Below, one piece after another: positions 24,889 to 25,809 of a DNA stretch of 25,809 bases. Made by a program: the position numbers and the translations under genes. This stretch comes from a virus. The stretch spans positions 76,476 through 102,284 of the IMG/VR virus record IMGVR_UViG_3300002131_000176. One strand, given 5' to 3'. The notes under the pieces were generated by a model. The model was not told the DNA's origin, searched no databases, and saw only the letters and a list, made by a program, of their open reading frames with translations. The number at the start of each line of letters is the position of its first letter. Position 1 is the stretch's first letter.

Positions 24889-24896
24889 TATAAATA
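24889..24896 (+). promoter_or_regulatory. T4 late-type promoter
   Basis: TATAAATA upstream of the DUF3310-like and M15A peptidase genes. Confidence 0.6.
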
Positions 24897-24915
24897 TAAC
24901 GGGATTGCTCTTACC

Positions 24916-25218
24916 ATGACTGAAATAGTAGATTACAAATTCAATGAAGGTCAACTGATTGAAGAATTTAGACGATACATCGATTCTACATACGGTGGCC
25001 ATTATTCAGTGAATAAGTTTCAGGCAACTGAATTTGTGATTGATGGTGGCCACGGCACTGGATTTTGTATCGGTAACGTGATGAAATATGCACAGCGTTA
25101 TGGTAAAAAGGGCACATATATTGATGCTCGTAAAGACCTAATGAAAGTACTTCATTACGCTTTGATTCAATTATACATTCACGATAACTTACCGAAGGAA
25201 ACAAATGAAACTAAGTAA
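24916..25218 (+). CDS. DUF3310-like protein (conserved in T4-like phages)
   Basis: YKFNE, YIDSTY..HY, GFCIGNVMKYAQRYGKKG, DLMKVLHYA; start ATG 24916. Confidence 0.8.
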   Translation: MTEIVDYKFNEGQLIEEFRRYIDSTYGGHYSVNKFQATEFVIDGGHGTGFCIGNVMKYAQRYGKKGTYIDARKDLMKVLHYALIQLYIHDNLPKETNETK

Positions 25219-25669
25219 AAACTTCTCAATGGCCGAGTTCACCAAGTCACAAACTGCTGAACGCAAGGGTATCGACAACACACCACAGGGTGAGCATTTG
25301 GAAGCCGCAACGGCTCTATTTGAAAATGTCGTACAGAAGGTACGTGACCATTTTGGAACTACCACAATTAATAGTGGTTACCGTTCACCAGAACTAAATT
25401 CTGCTGTGGGTGGTTCAGCTACCTCACAACATTGTCACGGTGAAGCCGCAGACATTGAAGTTCCTGGTGTAGCCAATGGTGACCTTGCTAATTGGATTGT
25501 AGAGAACACTGACTTTGATCAGGTGATTCTAGAGTTCTACACACCCGGTATTCCTGACTCCGGATGGGTTCATGTCTCCTATAAGGCAGATGGTAGCAAT
25601 AGAGGTAAGGCATTGACCGCATCTCGAGTAGATGGTAAAACCGTCTATTCGGTAGGTATTAACGCTTAA
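25205..25669 (+). CDS. Peptidase M15A family protein (probable endolysin)
   Basis: LSKNFS..EF.KS.TA, SGYRS..LN.AVGG, SQH..GEAAD, WVHVS zinc-peptidase motifs. Confidence 0.9.
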   Translation: MKLSKNFSMAEFTKSQTAERKGIDNTPQGEHLEAATALFENVVQKVRDHFGTTTINSGYRSPELNSAVGGSATSQHCHGEAADIEVPGVANGDLANWIVENTDFDQVILEFYTPGIPDSGWVHVSYKADGSNRGKALTASRVDGKTVYSVGINA

Positions 25670-25671
25670 AG

Positions 25672-25697
25672 AAAAAGGACCTTTCGGTCCTTTTTTT
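25672..25697. terminator. Bidirectional Rho-independent terminator
   Basis: AAAAA-GGACC-TTTC-GGTCC-TTTTTTT between convergent genes. Confidence 0.9.
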
Positions 25698-25809
25698 AAT
25701 TTGCCAATGGGTTATCCAGAGCTCTTTGAAGCTTCTTGTTTAACCTATCCTCAACATCTTTGATCTTTTGGTCAGTTGCATCTCTCAATGCACTGGCCTT
25801 TTGATCATA
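25696..25809 (-). CDS. 3' end of a convergent coiled-coil protein
   Basis: Minus strand reads YDQKASALRDATDQKIKDVEDRLNKKLQRALDNPLAN*, ending at the terminator. Confidence 0.7.
   Translation of the reverse strand, partial: YDQKASALRDATDQKIKDVEDRLNKKLQRALDNPLAN

Noticed and set aside
24646-24915. N-terminal extension of the DUF3310-like ORF
   Set aside because: Overlaps the wHTH gene, a structured element and a late promoter; conserved sequence begins at ATG 24916
506-25204. Minus-strand and nested alternate-frame ORFs in the track (e.g. 506-826, 6985-7431, 8559-8903, 9165-9554, 20371-20688)
   Set aside because: Shadows of well-supported + strand genes, with no motifs of their own
1-25809. 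tRNA genes, CRISPR arrays, transposases
   Set aside because: No cloverleaf/T-loop signatures in intergenic gaps, no regularly spaced repeats and no transposase motifs seen by eye

Overview
Replication and nucleotide-metabolism segment of a T4-like (T4-superfamily) myovirus genome, AT-rich and almost entirely + strand. Host is probably an aquatic proteobacterium, with weak hints of Betaproteobacteria. Core gene order: gp46 (3' end), gp45, gp44, [3 inserted genes], gp62, regA, hsp20, gp43, ..., uvsX, gp41, thyX, ..., M15A peptidase. Between gp43 and uvsX (~8.5-17.3 kb) lies a dense putative DNA-hypermodification island. It has a T4 gp42-type dCMP hydroxymethylase with the cytosine-specifying Asp, followed by an SGNH-like protein with a possible beta-glucosyltransferase-like N-terminus, a PLP enzyme, and a divergent amino-acid:DNA-transferase (aGPT-PPlase)-like protein ending in a sliding-clamp-type motif. 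Around these sit Nmad1, a MazG-like NTP pyrophosphatase, a PD-(D/E)xK-like nuclease, UDP-glucose dehydrogenase, a uronate epimerase, a 2OG-Fe(II)-like oxygenase and dCMP deaminase. This enzyme set is characterised mainly for thymine (hmU) hypermodification, so coupling to hmC may be an undescribed cytosine pathway. Non-coding signals: ten T4-early-type promoters, three late TATAAATA boxes, a ROSE-like thermometer on hsp20, three H-type pseudoknots, a long-stem structured element, and a duplicated promoter + 30-aa membrane-peptide cassette missed by the ORF track. All protein family calls are by eye from motifs; no searches were run.
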